DNA of 64,000 nucleotides, from assembly GCA_951406725.2 (NCBI GenBank), contig OX597826.1, forward strand, positions 9,548,001 through 9,612,000. The letters run 5' to 3'. This document shows positions 1-12,993 of this stretch, piece by piece; positions within the stretch are counted from its first letter, which is position 1, and each line of letters opens with the position of its first letter. The notes under the pieces are model-generated. The model saw only the letters and a list, made by a program, of their open reading frames with translations. It was not told the DNA's origin and did no database searches. This DNA comes from Octopus vulgaris (lineage: Eukaryota). A program made the translations under genes and the position numbers.

Positions 1-419
1 GCAAACAACGTGCAACAAGACGTACAAGATAGGAAAGTGTCAAACCTTCAAACCGTTGCTAGTTTCTGTAGATTCTACAGTTTCAGCTCAGCCACAGAGA
101 TTAAGCCAGCCCCTTGTTGTCTAAGCCAACTGTCAGATCCTATTATCATAATCAATATTAATGTTTGAACCTTTAAACATATACTTTATTGATGGAAGAA
201 AGAGGTTATATGTATTTTCCAAGTTCCACATTATATATCCATTTCAATCAAGAAACAAATGTCGTAACCAATTATCTATCATGTCATGATAACCAAACTT
301 TTGCTATTTAAAATGGACAGAATCACCACATTATACGGAAATAAACTTTAGCGGGTCAGCTTGGCCACTGATAGTTTTTATCAGGTGACCAAAGTGAAAT
401 ACTATAGAATACTCAAAAC

Positions 420-620
420 TCTCGGTTGTTGTTGTTGTTTTGTGACAGGTCAGTATTGATTCTGCAAACCTATGATCAAATTAAGTCCAACCATGACCAT
501 CTAGACTTTTTTTCCTCAGCATAATGCATGCAGGACCACATTATGCAATGTATGTGATTTGAGGTAGACTTAGTTGCTATTTCTTGTAGGGGCAAATGAC
601 CATATAGAGGATCTCTCTCT
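420..620 (-). repeat. Old ~200 bp interspersed repeat (core CTAGAAATAGCAGCCAAATCTCCCTCAAATCA ... GATGGTCATGGCTGGAATGCCTTTGATCATAGG ... (CAA)n); representative copy
   Basis: Same degenerate core recurs about 20 times on both strands, e.g. ~2950-3290, 4290-4440, 11560-11735, 16435-16635, 19430-19635, 31780-31940, 40425-40640, 59255-59470, 62195-63150. Confidence 0.7.
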
Positions 621-1254
621 CAAGTTTTAGTCTCTACAGACCATAAGTTTTTAATTTATGCTGTCAACACAGAGCAAAAATGAAATTATTTGTTGAAACG
701 ACGAAAGCTTTTGTTTAAAGAAGCAGAATGCTTATCCCAAACAAAATGCTTATCAGAAAGGGATTATAGTAAAGGGTTTGATAGGTCAGTTTTGCTTGTT
801 ATTCTTCTGGGGTTTTAAAAAAAAGTGTATGTATATATGTTTGTGTGTGTGCGTGTATATGTGTGTATATATATATATTTTAGTTGAGTAATCTCACAGT
901 CCCCCCCACACACACACACACATACATATTCTTACAGAACTAACTTTATGCTAAGTCAGAAAGAAAACCCCTTATCTTTGTTCTTCGTTATTTTAATGGA
1001 TTTGACCAGCCGTTAACTCTCATGATGCTACGTGAAGAAATAAATTGATTGTGTTAATGTACATTAGAGTATAAAATAAATGTGCTTACGTTTTACTTTC
1101 TAACAAGAATTATTTTTAATGTCTTCACTTACTTAAGAGAACAATTCTGTAATAAACTGATTAATTCAGTTGGAGATAGTTGCAAGGACGGGAGGAGGGA
1201 GGGAGGGGGGATTGTTAATATTTAACACAGCAGACATGTAGCAAATGGTAAAAA

Positions 1255-1770
1255 CTTTCTTCTTCCTTTTCATTTCTTCTTCTTCTTCTTCTTCTTCTTC
1301 TCTCCTCTTCTCCTTCCTCTTCTTTTCTCCTCTTCTTCTTCTTCTCTCTCCTTCTTCTTCTCTCTTCTTTTTCTCTCTCCTTCTTCTTCTCTCTTCTTCT
1401 CTCTCCTTCTCTTTTCTTCTTATTCTCTCTTCTTTCATATTCTTCTTCATCTTTCTTCTTCTCTATTCTCTTTTTCATATTCTTTATTTGTTTTCTTTCA
1501 CATTCTTCTTTCCTTCACCTTCTCCTCCACCTTTCATCTTCTTTTTCATATCCTTCTGCCTTCATATTCTTCTTCCTCTCTTTTTCTTCTTCTTCGCATT
1601 CTCCTTGCTTACCTTTTTCTTCCTCTCTTCTTCTTTACCTTCTTCCACAATCTTTTTCTTCTCTCATCTTTCATATTCTTCTACCTTCATATTCTTCCTC
1701 TCTTTTTCACTTTCTTCTTTTTCTTCTTCTTCTTCTTCTTCCCTCCCCCCACCCCATCATATTCTTCTTC
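1255..1770. repeat. Pyrimidine-rich (TTC/TC)n low-complexity tract
   Basis: Directly visible; explains the poly-S/F/L and poly-E/K/R ORFs in the track. Confidence 0.95.
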
Positions 1771-2091
1771 ATATACTGACATTATCCTTATTGAGTTAAT
1801 CAAAACTAATTCATTCTAAATATTATTAACTGCTCAAATACAAGAGTGTGAAGGAATTTGGAACTTTGTGAAGGAAAAAATAATGTTTACCCTATCAGAC
1901 ATTAGGCACCAAGTTGCTTCCTTTTGTTCTTTGCAAGCGATGCAAGTGTGTGGCACTGCTTCGTTTATCCTCTGCATCTCTCTTTCCTTCAGTTTCCTTT
2001 TTTTTTTTTGTTTTTTCTCCATTTTATTACTGTATTTCATTTGTTTTGTTATTGTTATTATGTTTTTGTTTTATTTCTTGCTTATATTGTT

Positions 2092-2475
2092 TATATATAT
2101 ACATATATATTTACGTATATATATATATATATACACACACATACATATATATATATACACATACATATACATATATATATATACACATACATATATATAT
2201 ACACATACATATACATGTATATATATACATACATATACATACATATTAACATATACATACATATACATATATATATATACATACATATACATATATATTT
2301 ACATATATATATACATATATATATATATACATATATGATTGATTGATTGATTCTAGTTTCAGCTTATGAGCTGTGGCCATGCTGGGGCACCGCCATTTAT
2401 ATATATATACATACATATACATATATATTTACGTATATATACATATATATTTACGTATATATACATATATATATC
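2092..2475. repeat. (TA)n/(TACA)n compound microsatellite
   Basis: Directly visible; interrupted at ~2350-2395 by a short SINE-A tail fragment. Confidence 0.95.
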
Positions 2476-3357
2476 TTTTTTTATATCTGTCTTTTAGTTG
2501 CCATTAGTTCTAATATGGGAATATTAAAATAAATAAATAATGTATAAAAAAAACCTCTTTGATAAAACAAAAACAAAGCCAAAATTATCTTTATTTTTGG
2601 TGTCTTTATACATCTACATGCATGCAAACATACATACATATATGTATAAATATATATATGCATATATAGGTGTGTGTGTAGATAGATGTATGGATATAGA
2701 TATGTAGATATATGTGCTCTCTTTTGTTTCATAGTTTCTCTAAGAACTCCCATTTGCTGATTGGATTTTCATCCAAATAAAGAGTTGTTATATGAGGAAA
2801 AATAACGATGTAATCAATGTGGCAGAAGCTCAATCGTTAGGGATGTCTGTGCAGGATCTCAGTCAGCAAAGAAATTATTATGTGATGTTGTACCAATTTA
2901 ATCTATTCCTTCTTTGTTTTTTTCTTATGGTTTCAGTCTGTGTTTGGTTGTTGTTGTTCTGACTGAGTTTAGCCTATGATCAATGAGTCCATTTCATTGT
3001 TTTTATTTTCTTTCCTTTTTGTTTGTTTGTTTGCTTTTAAGCTTGCAGTGTGGGATTAGAGGGAAATTTGGCTGCTATTTCTCACGAGTTTAGTCACCTC
3101 ATAGAGGTTCTTTTGCTGGTGCATTTCTGTGTCCCCAGGTCAACTTTGACAGAGCAACCAAACCAGGGCCATCCCAGCATCAGCAACATTGTCTTTATTA
3201 TCTTTTATATGATGATTAAGTGAGATCTGCAAGGGATTTAGTTGTTATTTCTAGCAAGCTGAGTGACACACAGAGATTCCCTCACCTGCTGTAGGTGGTG
3301 TTTTCTCTTTTCCCCAAAATCAAGCCTTTCAGAACAAATGCCCCAAAATTTCTAGTA

Positions 3358-3765
3358 GGGTGCAGGCATGGCTGTATGGTAAGAAGCTTGCTTCCCAATC
3401 ACATGGTTCTGGGTTCAATTCCACTGTGTAGTACCTCGGGAAAGTGTTTTCTACTATAGCCCTGGGCCGACCAAAGCCTTGTGAGTGGATTTGGTAGACA
3501 GAAACTAAAGGAAGCTCATCATATATGTGTGTGTGTGTCTGTGTGTCTGTATTTACCCCCCCCCCCCCCCATCACTTGACAACTGGTGCTGTTTACATCC
3601 CCATAAATTAGTGCTTTGGCAAAAGTGACCAATAGAATAAGTACCAGACTTTAAAAGAAAGTACTGAGTTTGATTCACTTAACTAAAAAGAATTCTTTAA
3701 GGCAGTGCTCCAGCATGGCTGCAGTCTAATGACTGAAACAAGTGAAAGATAAAAGAAAAGAAAAG
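3358..3765 (+). mobile_element. tRNA-derived SINE family A (CORE-like domain, internal microsatellite, ...GAAACAAGTAAAAGA tail)
   Basis: A-box-like TGGCTGTATGG, B-box GGTTCAATTCC, CORE-like (T/C)GGG(C/A)AAGTGT..CTACTATAGCC, internal (TG)n. More than 10 copies in window. Resembles octopus tRNA-derived OR-type SINEs (from memory, not verified). Confidence 0.85.
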
Positions 3766-4519
3766 GTTTGTCTTTCCCTTTAAGGGATGCAAATAAATTC
3801 TTGTCTTTACGTTAGGGTATTGTCCTATCAATACTTACTTTTTAAAAAATCAAATAATACTGAATAATAACGCAGCTTTTAAAGTTCGAGTATCCATGGT
3901 GATGGTGGGACTCTTATTGTTGTTTGACCCTAGGTCAGCCTTGATTGACTAGTTCTAAGGCCAAATGTATTCCAGCCATGATCTCTCCAACTTTCTGAAG
4001 ATGCCACTATTGTAAAGTAGTTGGCATTTGAAAGGGCATCTAGATGTAAAAACCATGCCAAAACTGACTTCACCTGTGCCTGTGCCATGTAAAAAGCACT
4101 CTATCCACCCTACTGGGTGGCTGATGTTAGGAAGAGCATCCAGCTCCTATCAAACCGTCCCACCCCACTATTTGTTTTTTTGTCTCTGAAGACACCAGAG
4201 TAATTTGTAGGAGATTTGGCTGCTATTTTTATCAAGCTGCACAGCAGCCTAAAAGTCTTTCTTTAGTTTGAGAGTAGTCTTTATAATTCTTGTTGTTATT
4301 TTAGCCCCTAACTCATCTCTGATTAAACAAACATCTGATCAGAAGCATTCAAACCATGACCATCTCAACTTTTTTTCAGATACAGTCTTCCTTGGATTAT
4401 GCTATCTAGTGTGTTTTTTTTTTCATATTCTCTGAGGCTACTGGAAAGAAAAGAGAAAATTGTCCTCAAGCCCAAAAGACCCAGGCTAAATGTCTACTAA
4501 AATCAGATGGTGCTATTAA

Positions 4520-4737
4520 CCCTTTTGATACCAACCTACCTGATGTTGCCCCTGGTCCTATGATACAAACCTCCAGTTTTAAACTAATCTAAGTTAAACT
4601 GTGCACTAAAATTTCCAGTTAATTTATGCTCCAAACACAGTTTAATAATGATAATTATTTGAGTAAATGTTTCATTATTTTTAGAATTAATTGAAACAAA
4701 TTTGGTATATTTCAACAGAAATATGGGAACAAAAGGG
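4520..4737. mobile_element. Degenerate TTAA/piggyBac-type MITE, family 1
   Basis: TTAA-CCCTTTTGATAC ... GGAACAAAAGGG-CTAA; internal sequence homologous to 28027-28246 and 60363-60583. Confidence 0.7.
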
Positions 4738-4781
4738 CTAATCCTTTAGCATTTACATTATTCTATCAAAATTCATACTTA

Positions 4782-5000
4782 AGGCAGCAAGCTGGCAGAA
4801 ATGTTAGCACACCAGGTGAAATGCTTAGCGGTATTTCCTCTGTCTTTATGTTCCAAATTCAAATTCTGCTGAGGTTGACTTTGCCTTTCATCCTTTCAGG
4901 GTTGATAAATTAAGTACCAGCTGCGTACTGGGGCCGATCTAATTGGCTAGCCCACTCCCCATATAAAACAGGTTCGTGCCTAGAGTAGAAAAGAAGATTA
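4782..5000 (+). mobile_element. tRNA-derived SINE family B (Meta/MESC-like central domain)
   Basis: GGCAGCAAGCTGGCAGAA head, central GACTTTGCCTTTCATCCTTTCAGGGTTGATAAATTAAGTACCAG; flanked by ATACTTA direct repeat (4775-4781, 5001-5007). Confidence 0.8.
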
Positions 5001-5019
5001 ATACTTATTTGTTCACATC

Positions 5020-5232
5020 CATCATCTTCATCGATTATCATCTGTCTTCCATGCTGACATGGGTTGGATGGACGTTTTGACAGGAGCTGGATGCTCTTCC
5101 TAACATCAGCCACCCAGCAGGGTGGACAGAGTGCTTTTTACATGGCACAAGCACAGGTGAGGTCAGTTTTGGCATGTTTTTTACATCTAGATGCCCTTCC
5201 AAATGCCAACCACTTTACACTGTGGACTGGAG
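5020..5232 (-). mobile_element. Degenerate RTE 3'-end fragment
   Basis: Reverse complement of ...GAAGGGCATC...GTCCAACCCATG...GCATGGAAG...GATGA. Confidence 0.65.
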
Positions 5233-5709
5233 CTGTGAGATTTTGATGAGACAACTGTTAATTTTTTAGAATGACATTGTAGGGTAAGTGTGAGAAACCA
5301 GATCTGACCAATTTGAACATGAAACAAGTAGAATATCTTGACCGGATATGGCCAGTTTAAATGCTATAGTGTTCAACTAAGCAATGGATTAAGTCTACCA
5401 TTCATTCTCTGTAACACTTGAATAAAAATCCTTCCACTAAAAGCAGAAGATGTTTAGTTCTGCCGCATATATGTTACTGTTTTTATTTATTTATTTTTTT
5501 TTAATCCTTTCATTCAAAGTAGAAAAGATAGCACCTATGATTCTTTACACAGCCTCAAGGATTGAAGGGAGAAAATTATCCTTTCATCAGAAACCTGACT
5601 TTAATGCTTGCAATGGATTGAGCTTTGCTAAAGTTACAAAAGGACCACTGCTAAAGGTACCCAAGAACCAAGTGGTGTTAAACCAGAAAATGGATTTAGT
5701 TTACAAATA

Positions 5710-6274
5710 TTGGGTTGTCTGGAAAGTTTGTGCCGATTTATAGTAGCTTACCTTTTGATTTATTTTAGTACATGGTTTAGTCCATAAAATATGATTTGAC
5801 TACACCTCCATTTAGAGCACAGTTTACGCTGTTTTTGTAGAAGAAGGTTTATGTTCCTATAACCTGTGTTAATTATGTAACCCTTTAAAATGGAAGATAA
5901 GAAAGTTCAATTTCGGCAGTTGATACTTTGGGAACCAGACAAAATTTGCTGCATCTCGGCTGGGTTGTGTTACCCCTCCCTCCATATTCACCAGATATTG
6001 CTCCTTCAGATTTCCACTTATTCAGGTCTCTGCAGAATAGTCTTAATGGTAAAAAATTTTAATTCCTTGGATGACGTAAAAAGATACCTTGATGAATTCT
6101 TTGCCATGAAACCACCTCAATTCTGGGAAGAAGGTATTTTCAAGTTAAAAGAAAGATGGAGACACATTGTGCAACAAAATGGTTCATATTTGATTGATTA
6201 AAAATGTAACGGCAAGTATTTATTGACCTTTTTCTTTTCTTTAAAAATCGGCACGAACTTTCCGAACAACCCAA
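5710..6274 (+). mobile_element. Internally deleted mariner (Tc1/mariner) transposon
   Basis: ~30 bp TIRs (TTGGGTTGTCTGGAAAGTTTGTGCCGATTT / AAATCGGCACGAACTTTCCGAACAACCCAA), left TA. N-terminus MEDKKVQFRQLILWE joined to C-terminal LGWVVLPLPPYSPDIAPSDFHLFRSLQN...FWEEGIFKLKERWRHIVQQNGSY (mariner YSPD(L/I)APSD motif), with a frameshift near 6055. Confidence 0.92.
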
Positions 6275-6312
6275 CAGATATAAATGGACCATGCACATGT
6301 GAATACACACAC

Positions 6313-6540
6313 ACTCTGGAGGTATCCATTGGTCTCACAAGATCAAGTGTCTGCACCTGCAAAGTGTTGCTTTGGCTTTGTTAGCAAAGCAGCATCTGCT
6401 ATGACTATAAAGATCTACATTTGAGGGACAGTCCTGGCTGCAACGGCTGCATTTAAAGACACTGTTTTCTGCCAGTTCTTGTCTTGATGCTTTTTTTTCC
6501 CCTCTATTAATTTTGCTTTTCTTCATCAGAAAACTTCAGT
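6313..6540 (-). mobile_element. Fossil 3' end of an RTE (BovB-like) LINE
   Basis: Minus-strand peptide FKCSRCSQDCPSNVDLYSHSRCC resembles the C-terminal C-x2-C...GLYSH zinc-finger tail of RTE ORFs. Confidence 0.6.
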
Positions 6541-7489
6541 CTTTCCTTTGGTCATTTTATCTCCTTTTCTAATGGAGATTTCACCCCCCCCACCTACAAG
6601 TCTAACAACTACACAAAGCAAACCAGGGTAAGCCCTTGCCCACAGACAAAAATTTTACCTGCATTCAAATTTGAAACTTTCTAATTGACAAAGTACTCTT
6701 AGTATCATAAGAGTGGGTGTTACTGTCAGATCAAAATGTAAGTTGTTTTTGACACTCCATAAAGCACACACAAATTTCTGTTAGTCATAATGCTTGTTTT
6801 TTGATGTTGTTGTTGTTGTCTTTTTTCTTTTTTTTTACATTAACACGCAAGTCAGAATAGCTATAAATTGATAATGTCATAGTTACACCTTTATTAGAGT
6901 CAATTAATATTTGGTATTTTCCCCCCCACCAAAAAAAAAAAATAATAATAGCAACAACAATAATAATAATAACCAATAATAATAAAGAAGAAAAAGAAAA
7001 CACCTTCTCATGAGTCTTAACATTTGTCTAGGCTGGATGTTGGTTGCATCATTACAAATTAAGTGCAGTAATTTTGAATGCTGACAGCATTTGCAGTTAA
7101 TTTTCCTATTTTTATTAAAAGTACTAAATCAATATTGTAAAGTGCATAAATAAACCATTTTGCAATGGCTTCAAATAATAAAAAAGAAAAGCAGTCTGTG
7201 CTCAGTGAATAATGGTTTGATAATTATTTTCACATAGGAACAGAGAGAGAGAGAGTGTGTGTCTGTGTAGGTGTGCGCATACATGCACGTGCTTGCACAT
7301 ATGTGTTATATTAACACAATTTTGACCATGCATAAGAAGTACAAAAAGAAAGAAACTGAGAGGAACTTTGCATTTAGATCATTAGATATGTCCTTGATAT
7401 AAGAAATGGCTATCGAGTCTTCTGTTAAATGTTGCCTAACATACATTACTGGCCTCTATATATAATTCTAATGGGTTTACTGTATAAAG

Positions 7490-8575
7490 TTTTCAGGGGC
7501 ATTACAACTCATCTGAAAATAGTAATAGTAGTGAAATAAAGAAAGACAGCAATGGTAGCCAAAACTGCATCCAGGGTACGGAGGATAAAACACAAGGAGT
7601 CAGGAAAGCAAACAGTAAAAGAGCCATAAAGAGTTATGGTTGTATAAGCACATCAGGTGTAGTGTTGGTAAATTTCAGGAAACATGGAATTTTTGAAGTT
7701 TGAATATGTTTCCAAAAATCATGAAGTGGTGCTCTATTTTTTGATTTTATAAGTGTGTCTGTGGATGGCAGAGATATTGAATTCCAAAAAGTGGCCAAAG
7801 CTGTTCTTTAAAAGCTGATGGATAATCTTATTGGCTTTTACCAAATCAGTCACTAGATGTTAGTACTTTAATGTGATGATGCCCAGAGAAGCAAGATATT
7901 TAAGAAATGCTTGGTGTTTAGTGGAAGGTATTCATTTGGTTGCACTTCTCTGGACAGCTTCCAGCAAACTGATATTCTGGACAAGATGGGATTCCAGACT
8001 GGAGACGTAAACTGTAAGTGTGGACATTTCATAGCAATAAACAACTTCAAATAGATAACCAGTGAATGTCAGAGTCTGAATGCTGGTAAGACACCTTCAG
8101 CCTTTTGATGATTTTAGAAATGTGGTTTGTTCAACACAGATTATTGTTGACAATAAAACCTAGGTCATGTTCACTGGCAAACTTCTCAAGGTTGCTGTTG
8201 TGAAAAGGTAAATTCTAGGATTTCCTCTTCAAATGTATAGCGATGCACTTGTCTACAGTCAGCTTGAGTTGTCTGTCAGTAATACATTGCTATATTATGC
8301 CTAGATTGCAGGTAAGATCTTTGGTGTACAGGATCCATTCTTTTATCTTAAAATACAGTTTAATGTCATCTGTGTATTTTAATACTGTAACATGCTTTAG
8401 TTGCTAAGTTGGCATCTCTGTCATTAATACATACAGCAAAGAGCAGAGGTTTAGGGACAAATTTCAACAGGACACTAGAATGGGTGCTGAATGTTGTCCT
8501 AGTATTGTAACTACCACTTTTCAGCCAAGAATGAAAATCTTCAACCAGTTATAAACATTAGCCCTCGTGCTCATT
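7490..8575 (-). mobile_element. Fossil CR1/L2-group LINE RT fragment
   Basis: Disrupted minus-strand RT motifs: PLLFAVCIND, YTDDIKL (YADD-like) near 8355-8380, KLFIAM..PHLQFTSPVWNP near 7990-8050. Confidence 0.7.
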
Positions 8576-8940
8576 GCAAAGGGCTTCACTATAAGAATGT
8601 ATGTTTTGTATAATGGGACAAGAAATGAGACAAGGTAAAAATATAGAGAAAAAGTAAAAACAAATGGTCATAAAACTGAAAGTTCCTTTGTCAGCTGTTG
8701 ACTGGACATCAAATGTGATTTTGACATTTACTCAATATTGTTCCATCCAGCAGAATTAGTATCATTAGAGCTAGGAGAGATGCAGTCTTGTGATATTTAG
8801 GCATGGAAATTAAACACAAATATAGTGAGCCTTCCTCCTAAGCAAATGAAAAAAGGACAGTACCAGTCATGAATGTGGAGAGTTGGAAGTAAAGCTAAAA
8901 GGGAATTAGTGTTAATGTATGTGTGTGTGTGTGTCTGTAC

Positions 8941-9160
8941 AGGGTGGCAAGCTGGCAGAATCATTAGCATGCCAGGCAAAATGCTTAGTGGCATTTCATT
9001 CATCTTGATGATCTAAGTTCAAATTCCACCAAGTTCGACTTTGCCTTTCATCCTTTCAGGGTCAATAAAATAGATACCAGTTAAACACTGAGGTCAATGT
9101 AATTTGACTTAAACTCATCCCCAGAACTTGCTCATCTTCTGCAAAAATTTTTAATTAAAA
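8941..9160 (+). mobile_element. SINE family B
   Basis: Homologous to 4782-5000. Confidence 0.8.
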
Positions 9161-9717
9161 TGTGTGTGTGTGTGTGCTGATGATGTCTCTAAGTTATAAC
9201 AGTCAATGATTTATTACCCCTCTCTCTCACTCTCCCCTCTTGCTTATGCATACAGAGAGAGAAAGAGACCCATTCATCACCACTCACAGACTGTATAGTG
9301 TATAGGATCTGTTCTTTTTAACCACTCTTTGTTTAATTCGCATAGACACAAAGTCATATAATTGGCTCTAATTATACTGTGTGACCTCTTAATGAGTGGC
9401 AATCTTTTCCTAACTCCTTAGGGATAAGGATAACTTTGTAGGAATTTGACTCTTTTTTTGTTTTTTGCTCAGTTTTTACAGTTGATATCCCCTTCCCATC
9501 ACTGACCACTTTACAGCCTGCGTTTCATACATTATTTTTTTCCTTTCCATCAGCGCTAGAAGTGGTTGTCTGCAAGAAGGACAAGAGAATCCTCTTTACA
9601 TAGCATTTGTGTGTATGCATGTGTAGTGGTGGTGGGGGGAGGTGATTCACTGTTATCTTAGATGGATAGGTTGCCTGTGAATGCAGCTTGCAGGGTTCAT
9701 GTCTCCTCTATTCATTC

Positions 9718-10715
9718 CAGGTATGGCTGTGTGGTTAAGTAGCTCACTCTGCATGGCACCTTGAGCAGAGTGTCTTCCACTGTAGCCCATCAGTAACCAA
9801 TGCCTTTTGAGTGAATTTGATAGATAGAAATTATATGGAAGCCCATCATATACATATATATATATATATTATTCAGAGAAGAATACAGTGTACATTCAAA
9901 CACAAAAGAGATACTCAAAGAATAGAGTATCTGACTCACTAGAAAGAGCAGTTAAACTCCAAGCCACTAATTGTTGTAATTCCAAAAGTGATTGAAAAAT
10001 ACAAACTTTTACCTTAATCCTAGACCCTGCAAGGTTTCTACAGACTTAAATACAGATTGAAATAAGATAATTTCAGTCTACATCTGGCGCTGCGTCTTCA
10101 GCAGGTTGCCAAATATATATATGTCCATGCTGGTGGCACGTGAAAAAACATTCAAGCGAGGTTGTTGCCAGTGCCGCTGGACTGGCTCCTGTGCAGGTGG
10201 CACGTAAAAAACACCATTTGAGCGTGGCCGTTGCCAGTAATGCCTGACTGGTCCTCGTGCCAGCGGCACGTAAAAGCACCCACTACACTCTCAGAGTGGT
10301 TGGCGTTAGGAAGGGCATCCAGCTGTAGAAACTCTGCCAGATCAGATTGGAGCCTGGTGCAGCCATTTGGTTCACCAGTCCTCAGTCAAATCGTCCAACC
10401 CATGCCAGCATGGAAAGCGGACGTTAAACGATGATGATGATGATGATATGTGTGTGTGTGTCTGTGTGTATGTGCATATATGTATGTCTTTGTGTCTGTG
10501 CTTGTGCCACCCACCCCACTCATCTACTGATTGGAAACCAGTGTTGGTTTGTTTATATCCCCCTAACTTTCCAGTTTGGCAAAAGAGACAGAATAAGTAC
10601 CAAACTTAAAAAATAAGTACTGTGGGGGAGCAATCTGTTCAACTGGAACCCTTCAGGACAGTGCCTCGGCATAGGTTCAATCCTATTTTTGGAACCAGTG
10701 AAAAGTAAAAGATAT
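9718..10715 (+). mobile_element. SINE family A split at its internal microsatellite (head ~9718-9870, tail ~10448-10715)
   Basis: Head GTATGGCTGTGTGGTTAAG...GAAGCCCATC, tail ...GCAAAAGAGACAGAATAAGTACC...GAAAAGTAAAAGA; RTE 3' fragment lies between. Confidence 0.65.
10123..10447 (+). mobile_element. RTE 3'-UTR fragment with three tandem units and (TGA)n tail
   Basis: Homologous to 3' UTR of the LINE at 47787-51132. Confidence 0.85.
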
Positions 10716-12642
10716 CTTTTATAGCCATGGGAGAACCTAATCATAGGAAGACGTTGGCATCTGTCAGATTTATGATATATTTACACATGAACACACACAC
10801 ACACACACACACTTGGGTATGACATAAACATGTGCAGTCATTCACTGACACCAATGCATATATAAAACATCGATCGCTGTTCATGAAATCAAAAACTCCA
10901 AATAATATATTCCATAAAATGTAACTCTATCAATTGTCATCAACATCATCGTTATCATTATCATCATTATAATTATCGCCGTCACTTCCTCCACTCTTTT
11001 CTTGATATTCTTTAATTCCAGGAGTTCATTCAAACATGAAATCATTCCCTATACCACTACCACTTTCTCATCAACTCCCAGAAAACTGTAGACATTCCTA
11101 TCACTGGTGGAAGGAAAGATGGAGACAGGGGCATAAAATGAAAAAAAAAAAAAAGTGTTTCCTTGAAATGAATGTTTGTGCTGTCAGTCTTATTTACATA
11201 AATTTGACTGATTGAACATCCTGTTTAATCTGATAAACATTCCTGCATTGCTTTCGAGTTCATCTTTGATCACTTGAGGATCTTGGCTCAATTGCCTGGT
11301 TCTATTACCCACTATCATCACTATACACCAGATTTTGATGTATTGCCTGCCATTAACCATTATTACCACTATATGTAGATTTGATGTATCGGCTTCGCAT
11401 AACATCATCTCCACCCCAACAACCACCTCACATCATAAATATAGCTGTATTGTCAGACAGGACTCAACTACCATTTTTGAAGAACCCCCAGCCAATCCTG
11501 CCTGCATTTACCTATCAATTTACTACAGAGACAATTTCAAGCTAGTGAGTTGAACATTGACAGAGTTATTTCTCTGGCTAAAAGTAGTAACCAAATCTCC
11601 CTCAAATAACACCTTTGTTGTGTTGAATCAGAAATGACATATTTAGACAACATAGCTGTCTAAATGATCCTAGCTGGAACACCTTTGGTCTTGGGTCTCC
11701 TCAATCAAATCTGGCTGAGGGCTAAACAGCAACAATAGCAAATTAGCAAACCTGTCTGTCTTTGCCTTTTTACCTCTCATCATCAATCATTACCTATTTA
11801 TCCATCTATTGAGAAACCCCCGTGCTTGACTTTTTGATCTACTAACACCAGTACTCCCTTCTTTTTCATTATTTTATCATGTCTTCACTTTTGTGATACT
11901 CCTTTTTCCCCCATCTCTTCCTCTTACTCTATATCTCTTCTCAAACCCCTTTCACTCTCTTTGTACACTGTTCCTCTTTCTCCATCTTTCTTTCTGTTTC
12001 TTGCCATCTCTCTTTCATTCTTACTCTACCACTCACTCTCTTTCTTTTTGCTCTCTTAATCTTTTTCTCCTTACTCTTCTCTTTCTCTCTCTCACATCAT
12101 TTCTATACCATGCCTCGCTCTTCTCCCCCCCCCGTCCTCTCTCACCCTCCCCTCCACTTACATCTACCACCTTTATATCCTGCCTACAAACAGGTATGGT
12201 GATAGCAAGCAATTAAATAAGTGTTTCTAATTCTAAACAACAACTGCACCACCCACTACTTTGGGGTTGTCTCTATCAAAAGAAGTCAATGAGCCTGACA
12301 TAGACTTAAGTTACTCCATTGAACCCTTCACAAAACTGCCAATTACCTCTTCTCATGAGCCCCTCTTAACACCACCACCACCATTGCCCCCACACACACC
12401 TTCCACCGCCACCGCCACCTTTGAATACATTCAAAACAAACTACTTTCTACATGTTGGATCTACCTACTACCTATAACAGCACTACAAACAACACTCAAC
12501 CCATTTCACCAGTGAACTGGGGTAAGGGGAAAAAAAAAAAAATTACACTTCCCTTTAGGAAATAATTTCTAAAATCAGAAAGCAAAAAAAGGAACAACTC
12601 TCACTTTTCCTACCTGTTCCCAGTACTCCTTCTTTCTGCACG

Positions 12643-12693
12643 TCTCTCTCTCTCTCTCAATCTATCTGTCTGTCTGCCTGTCTGTCTGTCTGC

Positions 12694-12785
<92 letters not shown>

Positions 12786-12830
12786 CTATCTATCTATCTA
12801 TCTATCTACCTATCTCTATCTATCTACCTA

Positions 12831-12881
<51 letters not shown>

Positions 12882-12993
12882 CTCTCTCTCTCTCTCTCTC
12901 TCTCAATCTATCTATCTATCCATCTATCTATCTATCTCTATCTATCTACCTATCTCTCTCTCTCTCTCTCTCTCTATTTATCTATCTATCTAT
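12643..12993. repeat. Compound (CT)n/(CTGT)n/(CTAT)n microsatellite
   Basis: Directly visible. Confidence 0.95.

Larger units (their letters stand above)
4742..5371. mobile_element. TTAA/piggyBac-type MITE family 2, interrupted by a SINE-B and an RTE 3' fragment
   Basis: Starts TCCTTTAGCATT, ends TTTAAATGCTATAGTG; pieces collinear with uninterrupted copy 60737-60956. Confidence 0.6.

Noticed and set aside
1166-2532. Long ORFs rich in E/K/R, S/F/L and Y/I/T/H
   Set aside because: Translations of (TTC)n and (TA/CA)n low-complexity DNA; the same applies to ORFs near 29 kb, 44 kb, 51.1-51.4 kb and 63 kb.
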